64,000 nucleotides of DNA from Felis catus (lineage: Eukaryota). Under the pieces are notes generated by a model. That model had not been told where the DNA came from and did not search any database. It worked only from the letters and a program-made list of their open reading frames with translations. The stretch spans positions 20,090,001 to 20,154,000 of the forward strand of contig NC_058369.1 in NCBI RefSeq assembly GCF_018350175.1, read 5' to 3'. The translations under genes and the position numbers were made by a program. Numbering within the stretch: the stretch's first letter is position 1; every line of letters begins with the position of its first letter. This document shows, piece after piece, positions 35,691 through 48,020 of this stretch.

Positions 35691-37899
35691 TTTCATACTT
35701 ATTCTTACCGCTGCAAACCTGTTTGAATGGCCTCTCATACTAATGCATCCAGTACTAAGGTTTTATCAGGTCATTTCCCCTTCTTCTTCAAGTTTTAGTT
35801 GACAAGTCCTCTTGACCAAACCAGTAAATCTCTAATCAGTCCTGTTTTCATCCTTCACAGGATGCGTATGGTCCTGGCCTAGCACCTCTCAGTCTGGTAT
35901 GATAAAATGTGGACCAGGAAACCTCTTCTTACTCTTGATTCAATACATGCTGCCACTCATTCGCATCTCTTCCTTTCACTTTCAAAGTTGTGGCCTTTCT
36001 AAGAAAGTTTGACCACTAAGGAATATGAAAATAAAGAGTCTTTCGTTTTCTTACTTGGTTATTTTGTTTGTCCCTTGTGAATGACCTGTAGGAGGTATCT
36101 TTGACAGGTTTGAGTTTGGTATTTGGCAAGATATTCTAAAAAGACAGCACACTTTTCACTGGTGAGCTATCTCAGGTCCCCCAGGGAACCATGAAGAGAA
36201 AAGAGCAGGCACAATGGATCTTCTTGGTGCTTGAAAGGTTGTAATAACTTTTAGGATCTCTTTTTCTTTCAGGCTTATTAACTTAAGTAGAAATGCACAG
36301 AGTGGCTGCTTCACTGACCATTAAGTGTTTCATTGTCTCCATGAAGTGTTGGGAGCACCCTTGAACTTTGAACAAACTCCATAGGCTCCACCACTCACCT
36401 CCTTCCTCACTGGCCCACCCTCTTCTCTTTCCCCGGTTGCATTAGTCAGAGGCAACCGGCCATCACCTGGTCCTTCCCACGCTGGTACTGACCATAAAAA
36501 TCAAGAGGAGTGGGCAAGGAAAGTCAGGGGGTGATGGATGACTGGAAGTGGACTTATTTTTTATCCCTCATGCAGGTTTTCGCAGGGCCATCTTGGACGT
36601 TGTTTTATATTTTAAAATTTAATGAAGATACTAAGCTCTCAGGCCCAGGAAATGCAAGCAATTTTTCTGTCTGGTTCTGCCCTTCACTGTGAAACTAGTG
36701 GATGTTTCAAGCCATTCAATACACTCTTGTGTTAGCTGTTTCAAACTGGAAAAAGAAAACAGGTCATGAGGTACACATTTTCCCTTTTAAAATTAGAGTA
36801 TGTAGCACACATCTCCCTGGTTCTTTTCAGACCAGGCATTAAAAGTCTGGAATGGAGGCAGTAGCATTTATGCTGCTGAGGCCACACACTTTAATTTTTT
36901 CTAATGCAATCTTCTGGTGCAAGGCTTGGAAGACATATTTTTCTAACCTAGCCATTCTACAATGCCTACTGAATTCTATATGGGCTGCAAAACAAAACAA
37001 AATGAGGTTTTGTTTTACCAAACCTTTTGATAGATACATAGGTCATGAAAGGTAGCTTGAGAATTGTTTTCTATTTTATATTTCAAGTAACTGAGCTCCA
37101 TTTGTTTCATCCTTGGATAAGTTTCTCTCCCAATGTCTCTGCCTTCCCAGTGTCTGGGAAATCTGTGGCATTTCTTTGATTAGAAAGCATAGTCTTAGAT
37201 CTTCAATCTGTTCTCTTAAAAGATAATTACTGTGCTCATAAGCATGGGCCAAGCTGTAAGGACTCCTCAGAATTAGATACTGCTCCCAAAATAAGTTATG
37301 GGAGCTTCATCTTCTGCATTGTTCAAAAATTGTCTGTGGGAAGGTGTCCGGGTTTGGAAGAGGATAGAGAGTGGGTGTGTCAGGTCCACCTGGGGCTGTG
37401 CAACCTGGGGCAAGTTTTCTCCAGAGTTAATGTCTAGTGAGAAGGCTGGCACCATGTCAGACCCCAGCTATATCTCAAAGGTGCAGAAGGCTCCTTAAGG
37501 ACTTTTCCTTCTTGGAATAAATTTAAGAGAGGTTACATCATTGCTTTTGAAGCCTCTTATTTCCAGACCTGAAAAAAATACAAAGAAACTTCATTTTTTT
37601 TGGATCCTATATGGTCTTGAATTCAGCTGTTGTGGTTCCTTAGTCTGTGGTTCCTCAATTCCAGAACCACAGAAACAGTTGTAAATTAATTTGATGATTC
37701 CTCAGTAAGAAGACAGCTGCTGCTCAGTGACCAGTTGGACTTTGGAGATAAAATTAAAAAAGAAAAAAAAGTGCTTGTCTCCACAGTTGAAATTGTTCAT
37801 CATCTGATTTGGGTATAGAATTTGCTGTTACTTTACCCTTTATTCCCTGCTGTGTTAGCTCTTGGCCATCTTTAACACCTCTCCATCCCTTTTACTTAG

Positions 37900-38070
37900 G
37901 CCTTGGAGTACCTTTTCAAGTTCATCGTGCAGTCCAGGATCCTGTACTCCCGAGCCACCTGTGGGATGGAAGAGGAGCAATTCCGGTCCAGCATCCAAGA
38001 ACTTTTCCAGTCCATCCGGTTTGTGCTCAGTCTGGACAGCAGAAACTCAGAAACACTCCTTTTCACTCAG
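37900..38070 (+). CDS. DOCK3: DOCK3 coding exon (~exon 23), ALEYLFKFIVQSRILYSRATCGMEEEQFRSSIQELFQSIRFVLSLDSRNSETLLFTQ
   Basis: ttttacttag| ... |gtctgt; 171 nt. Confidence 0.96.
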
Positions 38071-38332
38071 GTCTGTAAGCTGCAGGGAAATTTTGCTGCT
38101 GGATCCTTATCTGTCTTAATGGCTGGTTTCTTTGTTCTCTGGCTTCTAGAGTTGAAGAAGCCCTGCCAGGCTCCTATGTGTTGGGTAAAGGGTGACTTGC
38201 AAGGAAATACCTAATAGAACAAAATGCTATTTTTACTTCAAAGTCAGCTATGCCCCAGCTACCAAATATAAGATAGCCCAGTGGCTTTAGGGTGGGGAAG
38301 AAGCACAACTTTATTCTCAGAAGGCTCTTTAA

Positions 38333-38530
38333 TTTTTTTTTAATTTTTTTAACTTTGAGAGAGAGCAAGCACAACCAGGGGAGGAGCATGGAGGAGAGAC
38401 AGAATCCCAAGCAGGCTCCATGCTACCAGCACACAGCCCGATGTGGGCCTCCAGCTCAGAACATTGAGATCATGCCCTGACCCGAGATCAAGAGTCAGAC
38501 GCTCAACCAGCTGAGCTACCCAGGCACCCC
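38333..38530 (-). mobile_element. CAN-SINE
   Basis: Ends gagctacccaggcacccc; approximate TSD tcagaag..ctctttaa. Confidence 0.92.
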
Positions 38531-38754
38531 TCAGAAGCCCTCTTTAAACCAAATTTATTTAGTTACATACTTTTTGTCATTTATGAATATCTTATTTAAA
38601 GGGGATATTTAGAACATAATGGAGAATTTTATTTCCTAGTCACTGTTAATTTTTTTAAAAACTTTTTAAATAAACTTTAGTACTTGTCCATTCCAGAAGT
38701 TAAGAGTAAAATAGGCAGAAATAACTAGAAAACTTTGCTTAAGAATTAAGATTA

Positions 38755-38970
38755 GGGGCACTTGGGTGGCTCAGTCAGTGAAGCGTCAGACTTCAGCTCA
38801 GGTCATGATCTCACAGACTGTGGGTTGGAGCCCCACATCGGGCTCTGTGCTGACAGCTCAGAGCCTGGAGCCTGTTTTGGATTCTGTGTCTCCCTCTCTC
38901 TCTCTGCCCCTCCCCTGCTCACACTCTGTCTTTCTCTCTCTCTCAAAAATAAACTTTAAAATTTTTTTTA
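38755..38970 (+). mobile_element. CAN-SINE
   Basis: TSD aagaattaagat at 38741-38752 and 38971-38982. Confidence 0.94.
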
Positions 38971-39324
38971 AAGAATTAAGATAAAATTCTATTATAAATA
39001 TCAGTGTGGGAAGGAAATTTGCTTCCTTATATTAGAAATGCCCAGTTAGCTAATCTGTTACCTTTTCCAAGTAGCTTCATCCTAGAAAGGATCCAAGATA
39101 GTGTTTATTACCCCAGTCACAAGGGGGTTATTTTCTTATACAAATAAATTCAGAATTTTATCTAATAGATTCCATTTCTTTGATTTTTTTGAAGCCAATT
39201 ATTATTCAAAACCTATCAGCAAAGATCAGACAGCCTCTCTCACGTCCATTCATTCAGTTGCTGCCAGGACTGTCATGAGTGCAAATATATGTTTAAATAT
39301 CTCCTTTAAGATTAGAGTAGTCTG

Positions 39325-39515
39325 GGGGGCGCCTGGGTGGCTCAGTTGGTTAAGCATCCAACTCTTGATTTTGGCTCAGGTCATGATCCTACAGTTCATG
39401 AGATCGAGTCCTGAGTTGGGCTCTGTGCTGACAGTGCAGAGCCTGCTTGGGATTCTCTTTCTCCCTCTCTCGACCTCTCCCCTACTCTCACTCACATTCT
39501 TTCTCTCTGGTTCAT

Positions 39516-39551
<36 letters not shown>

Positions 39552-39584
39552 TCTCTCTCTCAAAATAAATGAACATTAAAAAAA
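39325..39584 (+). mobile_element. CAN-SINE
   Basis: TSD aagattaga(g/a)tagtctg; long CT tract. Confidence 0.94.
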
Positions 39585-40329
39585 AAGATTAGAATAGTCT
39601 GCTTTTTTGTTTTCCACTTGACCCTATGTTGCCCCCATGCCAATTGCCTTTAAGCCCCTTGGACCAGAGAACAGGTGAGCAACTGTGAATGAAACTCTTT
39701 AAGTGAGAATTCTTCAAGATCTCCAGGTGCCTCTGTAAGAAAGGCTCATTTGATGATCTCTCCTCCAGAGTACTCCAAGCAACTCCTCTTCCTCCTTGTG
39801 TCTCTCCTCTAGCTCATTGGTTCCTGCCAACAAGGGCCCAGGACACCTACTCTTCCTTTCAGCTTACAGAGATGTGGGGAGCTCAGAGGTAGCTAGCAGA
39901 GCAGGGCAGATATGCTTTCTGAGAACTTGGCAATGCTTTGTACTGCATGGCATACTCCTATCTCATCAGGATAGTTCAGATTTAGTCTCAGCTTAGACCC
40001 ATGTCAGGATCAGACCTGCTTCTTTGGTTCCAGGCTCATGTTTCATAAGTTTCAGAATTCTCAGCAAGTCTATGGTTCAGTCAGATTATGTCTTTGCTTC
40101 TGACCACTAGGAGATGTTAGGGTGCAAGGATCCTTCTGTTCTGGTGCATAAGTATGGGAAAGCTCACCATTTAAGAGAGCATTTACTATTTGCTTTTGAT
40201 TATAAAGGACCTGCTTTTCCCCCTTTGTCTTTTGTATCTAACTGCTTATGACAGCATGTTTTTGTGCTTGTTCTAATCATTGCAAAAAAATCTCTGATAT
40301 CCCAGGGAGTTATAAATCTATAGATAGAA

Positions 40330-40407
40330 AATTCATGTAAGTTCTATTCTTGGACCTGGCCTGAGCAGAATTCATGTAAGTTCTATTCTTGGGCCTGGCC
40401 TTAGCAT
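40330..40407. repeat. 39-bp tandem duplication (2 copies, 36/39 identical)
   Basis: aattcatgtaagttctattcttgg(a/g)cctggcct(g/t)agca(g/t) twice. Confidence 0.95.
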
Positions 40408-40659
40408 AGACTGTAGAATGACAGACATGTTTCCCCATGGCATACATTTTTACTCACTCTAGGCCTGCTTGATAAAGCAGTCAAGGAAAACAGCCTCCCA
40501 TTCACTACCTGCCACGCAGGAAAAGTACACTCTCATCTTCTCATCTCAAAGTGACATTTCATTACCCTTTGTGAATTCTAGGTTAATAATGTAAGAGTAT
40601 TGAGAAGTGGAAAAGCTTTCTTCATATTGCTTCCATGTAGACAAGAGAGAATGAGGACC

Positions 40660-40900
40660 AGCATTTATTGAAAGCCAATGATGTGCCAACCACTCTAACT
40701 GGAAACTAACTTCATGCATCTAATTTTTTTCATGCCAATACCAGGAGATAAGTGATATCATCATCTTTATTTTATAGATAAGAAAACTGATATTAGGCAA
40801 ATAACTCACCTAAGGTGATGTGACAGATAAGTAGTAAAGTTGAGATTTGAACTCATGTCTAATTCCAAAAGCCATTCTCTTTCACCTATACTACTCTGCC
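40660..40900 (-). mobile_element. MIR (near full length)
   Basis: catttattg...atgtgcca...attttatagataagaaaactga...aaggt...gatttgaactca...ccaaaagccattctctt. Confidence 0.75.
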
Positions 40901-41720
40901 TGTAAAAGGCTCTTGAACTATTATCAGGTTATCATAAAGAGTCTACCTCATGGGTCTACCAGAGCCAAGATCCATGAAGAGAAGTCTCCGAACACACAGA
41001 CTCCTGCCCATGCCCAAGGCCATCTAGGTTGCTGAACTCTATGCCAACATAATCATCAGTCGTCAAGAATTCATAGCTGACTAAATCCATACAGTCTCCA
41101 TCCTTTTGGATTTACACTTGACACTGCCAAGCATCACAGATGAAGGGCATCATTTATAAAGTCTTCAGATTTCATGGTTTCAGATTAATGTGTCCATCCT
41201 GGGGGAAATGGTCCAGCTCACAGAGCTGGATTGCTGGCTACAGGGCTGTGAATGGAGTTCAGCTCATGCTGCTTGGTGGTGCCCAGCTCTCTCTGCTATA
41301 GTTTCTTTGAGAGGTTCCTGGTTTGAATTTGAGACCAAAATTAGAAAGTCAAGTGTTTGATCATAGAGACAGACAAAAAATTTAAATCCGTTTTGTAAAC
41401 AAAATAGCTATGGCTGTTAAACCATATTGAGCTGATTTCTTTTTATATTCCCTTCTCTTGCCAGCAAATATGCTGGCAAGTTATGAAAGTTTCAAGTGGC
41501 CTGGGCCCCAGCAAATTTTGTTTTGGTTTCCTTTGTACTCCTCCCTGTTCTATGCCCCAAGGGTGCTGTAGGGATGTGTGGAGTCAAAGGCCAGGGAGGA
41601 GCTCATGTGAGACAGGGGTGCTACAATGCCTTTTCAGCCTCTTGTATTATTATTGTCTGAGCATGTGAGAAAGACAGACAACAAACTCTGTGCTAACTGC
41701 AGCTTCACTTGCTTCTGCAG

Positions 41721-41913
41721 GCTGCACTCCTCAACTCTTTCCCAACCATCTTTGATGAGCTGCTGCAAATGTTCACCGTGCAGGAGGTGGCAGAGTTTGT
41801 AAGAGGGACTCTGGGGAGCATGCCCAGCACTGTGCACATTGGGCAGTCAATGGATGTGGTGAAGCTGCAGTCCATCGCCAGGACCGTGGATAGCCGCCTG
41901 TTTTCTTTCTCAG
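41721..41913 (+). CDS. DOCK3: DOCK3 coding exon (~exon 24), AALLNSFPTIFDELLQMFTVQEVAEFVRGTLGSMPSTVHIGQSMDVVKLQSIARTVDSRLFSFS
   Basis: gcttctgcag| ... |gtaaat; 193 nt. Confidence 0.97.
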
Positions 41914-43059
41914 GTAAATCAAGTTGGGATGAGAATCAGACTCACCTTTCCTCCTTTCCAGGGTGTTGTCAAGTGGTAATCAAAGGATCAGTTTTATCAA
42001 CCATCATGCAAGAAGCCTGTGGCCCTAAAAATTCAGAGTTTTGGGTAAACTCCATTAGATACTACAGCCAAGATCTAGGCCTACTGCCTCACTCATGATT
42101 TATCCCTAGGGACCCACACCCTGGGGCATGTCCATGAGGTGGCCTGTGGAGCAACTTCTAGGCCTACAAGCCTAGCCAGCTTCCCCCACACCCAGCAAGA
42201 TGGAAAGGAGGGGGAACAAGAGAGAAGGGGATCCCAATGGGGATAAGGATAAGTCAAGGAAATAAGAGAGATCTTGAAAGGGGGCCCTGAGGACTGACTG
42301 TGTTTTCTTTGTTCCTTATCTCACCAGTCACATAGATTCCCTTCCTGTCTTTGAAAGACAGAGATGGACAGTGAGCCTTCCATACTCCCTAAGAGGTCAA
42401 GACAGACTAACAAATGATCAACATCCCAGATTGCCTTTCAGAAAGAACCTGCAGATTCACACCTGAAACCACATTCAAGAGATCATCCTGGCAATGGTAC
42501 CAAATATTCAGTGGCCAAATGTTACGATCAATATGAAACTGATCCTTTAAATGGAATGTTACAATCAGAATAAATTTCTAGGGCACAGGAATAAATCTGA
42601 AATTCGAGAAAAACAATTATTATTAGAATTTTTATAACTATAATTTTTGGTAATAAAAATTTTTAAATTGGACTTTTAAAGTATATGAACAGTAATTTCT
42701 CAACCAAGTGCTACACATAATTGCAATACTAAATAAATGTTCCCTTTAACTTAACTCTGCCAATGTAAGGTATTATTCATGGCAAAGCTGCAACCAGGAG
42801 AGTCATCTTTTCTCTACCAGTAGCTATTTATGGTAAACACTTCTCTCTTCCTCAGTTCCTAGATTAAAGATTTTATCACTAGTTTGGACACATTAGCACT
42901 GAGGCCATTGCACACATTCAAGCTTTGTGCACTGTTTAAAGATGCTTTCTGAATATATGGGAAGGGGGACATCAGACTGCCCTCACTGACATCCTTTATT
43001 TCTAATATTATTGCATGCACTTGCTGCTTCCCATAATCACTTAAGAAAAATTGTTCTTT

Positions 43060-43285
43060 GGGCAGCCTTGGTGGCTCCATCGGCTGAGCGTCCAACTTCA
43101 GTTCAGGTCATGATCTCACATAGCTCATGAGTTCGAGCCCCATGTCAGGCTCTGTGCTGACAGCTCAGAGTCTGGAGCCTGCTTCAGATTCTGTGTCTCC
43201 CTCTCTCTCTCTGCCCCTCACCCACTCGTGCCATGTCACTGTCTCTCAAAAATAAATAAACATTAAAAAAAATTTTTTTAAAAGA
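43060..43285 (+). mobile_element. CAN-SINE
   Basis: TSD aagaaaaattgttctt at 43043-43058 and 43286-43301. Confidence 0.95.
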
Positions 43286-43879
43286 AAGAAAAATTGTTCT
43301 TAAACTTTATGTGGCAGTGACACGATGTAGTTGGATTTTGAGATGACAAGCCACCCCCAGATTCTCATTTGCATCTCAGTTTCACTGAATTCTTGAGTTG
43401 CAGCATGTTCCTTGAAGCAGCACCTTAAGGTGGTGTCTCTTAAGCAACACTTATATTCTCAGAGCACATCAGTTTGGTCTTTTCAGCTGGTTCCAGTAAT
43501 AAACTGCTATTTTCTCAGCAGATAGTTATTGGTTGATATAAATCCTGCTATGTTGGTATAATTTTGGTCTGCAAAATGTATTATGAACTTCTCTTTTGTC
43601 TACACATCCTTTTAAACATAGAATAGCTATCATTCCATTTTATATTCTAAGTATTTGACCAGACAACCCCCAAATCTCTTGTATGTCATGTAGTTTGTCT
43701 TTGGCTAAAAAAAAGATTTTCTTTCTGAATTTTATCTGAAACATGTAACTGTGGTCAAATGTGAACAATAAATCCAAAATGCCCTGGTGTGTTTGTATTA
43801 CTGACAATCTGACTAAATCCTGCTGGCCAGGTATGAAGGTACCTGTAGAATCACACAGTCACTGACCACATAGGAGTGC

Positions 43880-44065
43880 AGAGCATCACAAACATGTTCA
43901 CACTTGTATTTCACTTTGTCTTCTCACCACACCTGTGAAGTAAATCCAATTAGCACCTCATTGTACAGATAGGAAAAATCAAGCCCATTGGAGGAATCAA
44001 CCTGCCTAAGGTCTTAGAATGAATTAATAAAAGATCTTGAACTAGGATTCAGCCTTCCTGACAGG
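43880..44065 (-). mobile_element. MIR relic
   Basis: cctcattgtacagataggaaaaatcaagccc...acctgcctaaggtc core. Confidence 0.6.
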
Positions 44066-44070
44066 GTTCT

Positions 44071-44322
44071 CTTTTTTTTCTACGTTTATTTATTTATTTT
44101 GAGAGAGAAAGAGAGTGTGTGAGTGTGTGTGTGTGTGTGCGCGTGCACATGCACACACTAGTTGGGGTGGGGCAGAGAGAGAGGGAGAGAGAGAATCCCA
44201 AGCGGGCTCCTGGCTGTCAGCGTAGAGCCTGATATTGGGCTTGATCTCTTGAACTGTGAGATCATGACCTGAGCCAAAACCAAGGGCCAGACACTTAACC
44301 AACTGAGCCACCCAGATGCCCC
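44071..44322 (-). mobile_element. CAN-SINE with a (GT)n/(GC)n-modified tail
   Basis: Ends gagccacccagatgcccc; approximate TSD ctg(a/t)cagggt(t/c)ct. Confidence 0.92.
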
Positions 44323-45010
44323 TGTCAGGGTCCTAAATATAGTTGTCTCCTGATAGTGTTGTTCAGTTAACAGGGAGGAGAAAACTTAGGATTGGCAGTA
44401 AGGGTTAGCTAATTATCAAAGGCTTATGAGAAGACAAAATCCTGCTACTATTCCATTCATTGCTGTGGGCATGCCAAGCTTGTCCTCTAAGCCTAAGGGG
44501 AAAAGGAGGTAGGCCTAATGGCTGCCACAAAGTAAATGCTCATGGGGGGAAAGGGGGAGTGCCAGGCCAACTAGTCAGAGCATCATAAAGAGTGACCATT
44601 TATAATGCATAGCAGGTCTGCAGGTTCAATCAGTGTAGTTCATAGAACTAGGTCTGTCAATTGAATGGAATTTTCAGTGTAAGCTATGCTTTTAATTTGG
44701 GATCTAGTCGTTAAAGAGATTTCATTTGGGAGCAATTTCCTAACATTCATCCTGTACAAAATACCATAGATACTGAGGCTTAAAATGAGAAAGAAGGAAA
44801 GAGAAATGGAAGGATAATGCTGTGGGATGTCTTATAATGTCCAGGAAGTGGGCTTTTTGGCCCTCATAAGGGAAGGGAGTGGCCTCCATCTTCGCACCGG
44901 TTTCAACCCCATTTGCTTTGAGACCAGTTAAGTCTCGCAGTGTCACTGGCTCCCAGAAGTAGCTAGTTCTTCTCTAAAGGGCTTCTTCACCTTTGTGTTT
45001 TCTCTCTCAG

Positions 45011-45138
45011 AATCCCGCCGCATCCTGCTTCCTGTGGTTCTCCATCACATTCACCTTCACCTGAGGCAGCAGAAGGAGCTGCTGATCTGCTCAGGGATTC
45101 TTGGCAGCATCTTCTCCATCGTCAAGACCAGCTCTCTG
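45011..45138 (+). CDS. DOCK3: DOCK3 coding exon (~exon 25), ESRRILLPVVLHHIHLHLRQQKELLICSGILGSIFSIVKTSSL
   Basis: tctctctcag| ... |gtagtg; 128 nt. Confidence 0.96.
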
Positions 45139-45976
45139 GTAGTGGCCCCATGCCCACTCCATCTCCCCTCAGCTCTGCCCCAGTCTTGTATTACTTTAAC
45201 CAGAGGCAGACCAACAAAGATCACTTTGTACACTTCTCAGTCAGAGAAGCTTTCATCAGTGGCAGGAAGGTGCTCAAGTGAGCAGAGGCCTGTGTATGCT
45301 GAGCAGGCTTCTCAACACAACACAGTTTTGTTATTTGAAAAAGTTGCATTTCTGAAATGTAGTTCTCTTTAATACCAGAAAGCCGAATCCTGTGCCATAT
45401 TCTGTTATTATCAAAAGGTATTAATCCTATGTTCCTGAGAGTGTTCTGAGGATACTAAGGCACAAGCACAGGGAGGCAAGCCCAGGCTGAGAGGCAGCTT
45501 GCTCATTCAGACTTTTCTGTCAGCTTCCTGGCAGCTTGATTCCACCCATATGACATTCCATACCATGCCAGATGAGGTCAGGACATAGGAGAGATAATTG
45601 TTGCCCACAAGAGTTCTGAGCCTCATGGGATGATAGAGTTGGACTTTAAAGATGAGGTTTCAACTGGTACTGCTTTTGCCTATTTTCTTTCCTCTTTACT
45701 TTTTCTTTTAAAAAGAGATATATGGTGGGAGGGGAAGGAAGGAAGGAAAGACATGTATCAGGCATGAATAAAGGTAGGAATTTATTTTAATGATATTTAT
45801 TTTATATATTTATGGTAATAGGAAAAATGGTTATTTCTTAGAGAAAATTTGTAAACTATAGGAAAGTATAAAGAAAGAAATTAAGAACAAGAATGAGTTT
45901 TTTATTACAACATCTTAAGAGGAGATGAGGTTTCTGGAGAATAAAATTACAACTGTATTTAAAATGAAGGCCAGTA

Positions 45977-46194
45977 TTCTAGATGAGTCTTTTTTTTTTG
46001 TCAGTTATATCCATATCCAAAATCTTGTCCCATTTTGTGGCTGTCTTTTCATTTTTGCTGCTATTTCTCTTGATAAACAGAATAATTAATTCTAATGCAA
46101 CAGAATGTATGTCCTTTCATTTATGGTACTGTTTTCTGTGTATTTTCCTAGAATAAAGTTACATAGATACTCTTCTATACAAAATAAATAAAAT
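45977..46194 (+). mobile_element. Short TPRT insertion (orphan retrocopy or transduction) of antisense old-L1 sequence
   Basis: Perfect 16-bp TSD aaaatgaaggccagta at 45961-45976 and 46195-46210; AATAAA at 46152-46157; A-rich tail from 46181. Confidence 0.8.
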
Positions 46195-46804
46195 AAAATG
46201 AAGGCCAGTAGACAGGTGATAAGAGTGCAAGGTTAGGCTATCCATGTGGAACAGGAGAGGTCCTGAAAAAAAAAGAGTGTGGTTGGTTTGAGTGAGATAC
46301 AGGGCCTCAATAGGGTGCTTTGGTGTCCAGACTTAAAGTACCATCTGGTGACAGGGCCCTGCTTGGCAGAGTGCCTATGGTGCTTGTAGTGGCCCTATTG
46401 TTTGCTCTTGGCTCCAGGCAAGGCTTGGCAGCTCTCCTTCCCACCAGGCCTCAGAGAGGCAACACCAAGCACATAAGGTCTATTAGCAGCCCAAGGCCAG
46501 ACTTGAGGAAGTGGGAGACTTATTGCTAAATAAAGGAGAGAAATTGAAGGGAAAATAAAGGGAAGGAAAGGAATGGAGAAGGAATGGAAACAGGTTAAAA
46601 CCTGAAAGAGATGGTCTGGTTGTAGCTGTGGTACTAGAGTCAGGTGCAATTAGTTGCTTACAACTAGTCAGAGAGACATCACAGGTGAGAGTGTTAGCGA
46701 TCAGTATAGCAGATGATAAAGATGACTTTAGCACCAAGAGTTGCTCCAATTCTTCATGTGGAATGGGTCACAGTATAATTATATTGAATGAATGGATTGG
46801 GGTG

Positions 46805-46930
46805 GAATTTAAGCTCCATGAGCGTAAAGATACTATCTTCCTTGTTCACCTTTGTATACTCACATTCACAAAAAGTGAGTGGCACATGGTAACTGCTTAA
46901 TGAATAATGGGTTGGTGGATGGATGGACAG
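46805..46930 (+). mobile_element. L2 3' end relic
   Basis: taagctccatgag...cttgttcacc...tggcacatggtaactgcttaatgaata...ggatggatgg. Confidence 0.7.
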
Positions 46931-47766
46931 ATAGACATTTGTACCAGTAATAATAAAAAGAGGCTGGAGAAGGGACAGTGGGAATCTCTGTGAGATAAAT
47001 AAAATTAGGCTACAAGATTTGAGATTCAACATGAGAGGTCTATAGAAGGACAGCACAGACACTTCCTAAATTCAGAGTGTGGTGGCTGAGAAGCAGCCCT
47101 TGGTGGGGGCCTGCCATTGTTTTTGTGAGGCTGCCTGAGAAAGACACACTGAGACCAGAGTCCTTCAGGTGGACCAGGAAACATGAGCAAGAATGCTGAG
47201 AAGCTCAAAAGAGAGATGTAGACATATCTGAGCAACAGTGGGGCCAGCAAAGCTTGAGATCACCTAAGGAGAAAGCCCTGAGAAGAAAACATTCCTTTTA
47301 AAGACTGAAATACTTCTATGTGCATTCAGGTGTGTGTTAGCAGTCCTGAAGGTGCCACCACCACACCTTGTGGCATGAATACCATTTTCTCAAAGTGTTA
47401 GCAGTGTTGTGCTTTCTCCAGACTCTTCTAGGGAAATCAAGGTAAACAGGTACTTCAGGACCTTTGCTTCTGCCTTGTGTACTGAAATTAAGGTATCTAC
47501 CTGAGGTTCAGAACTGTGGGTGTCAAGTGGTGCTGGGTTAGGCGAAGACCCGGCTACCATACCAGGGCAACAGAGACAGGTTTGCCTCACCTTTTCTCAG
47601 AGCTGTTGTCCCAGGTTCCTTGACATCTCATGCTAGTGAGGCCAAGAGCTCAGTGTTGAGAGTCCAATCAGAAGACCACTCCTGATGCCACACACTTTGT
47701 AAGTGCTGCCAGCTGCACGTCAGCCAGGTTGGTGCTAACGGTGTGCTCTCTCACTGCTCGCTCCAG

Positions 47767-47913
47767 GAGGCAGATGTCATGGAGGAGGTAGAAATGATGG
47801 TGGAGAGCCTCCTGGACGTGCTCTTGCAGACTCTGCTCACCATCATGAGCAAATCGCACGCTCAGGAGGCGGTAAGAGGGCAGCGGTGCCCGCAGTGCAC
47901 AGCCGAGATCACT
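47767..47913 (+). CDS. DOCK3: DOCK3 coding exon (~exon 26), long form EADVMEEVEMMVESLLDVLLQTLLTIMSKSHAQEAVRGQRCPQCTAEIT; a short form could end at 47871
   Basis: gctcgctccag| acceptor; distal donor ACT|gttagt (147 nt); internal in-frame donor GCG|gtaaga (105 nt). Confidence 0.93.
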
Positions 47914-47920
47914 GTTAGTA

Positions 47921-48020
47921 ACTAACATTCAGGTTTTCTTGCCTTCTTTTCTAACCTGGGGCTCCTCCACACCAACCCCACCTCCTCATAGCACCACCTT
48001 CATCTCCACTTCCCTGCATG
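47921..48020 (+). promoter_or_regulatory. Candidate intronic splicing-regulatory cluster (QKI ACTAAC, CTAAC half site, RBFOX TGCATG) downstream of exon ~26
   Basis: actaac 47921-47926, ctaac 47951-47955, tgcatg 48015-48020; motif match only. Confidence 0.5.

Noticed and set aside
41457..41480. Perfect 10-bp hairpin cttgccagca-aata-tgctggcaag (similar one at ~37643-37672)
   Set aside because: About one such stem is expected by chance in 64 kb, it is too short for a pre-miRNA, and there is no other support.
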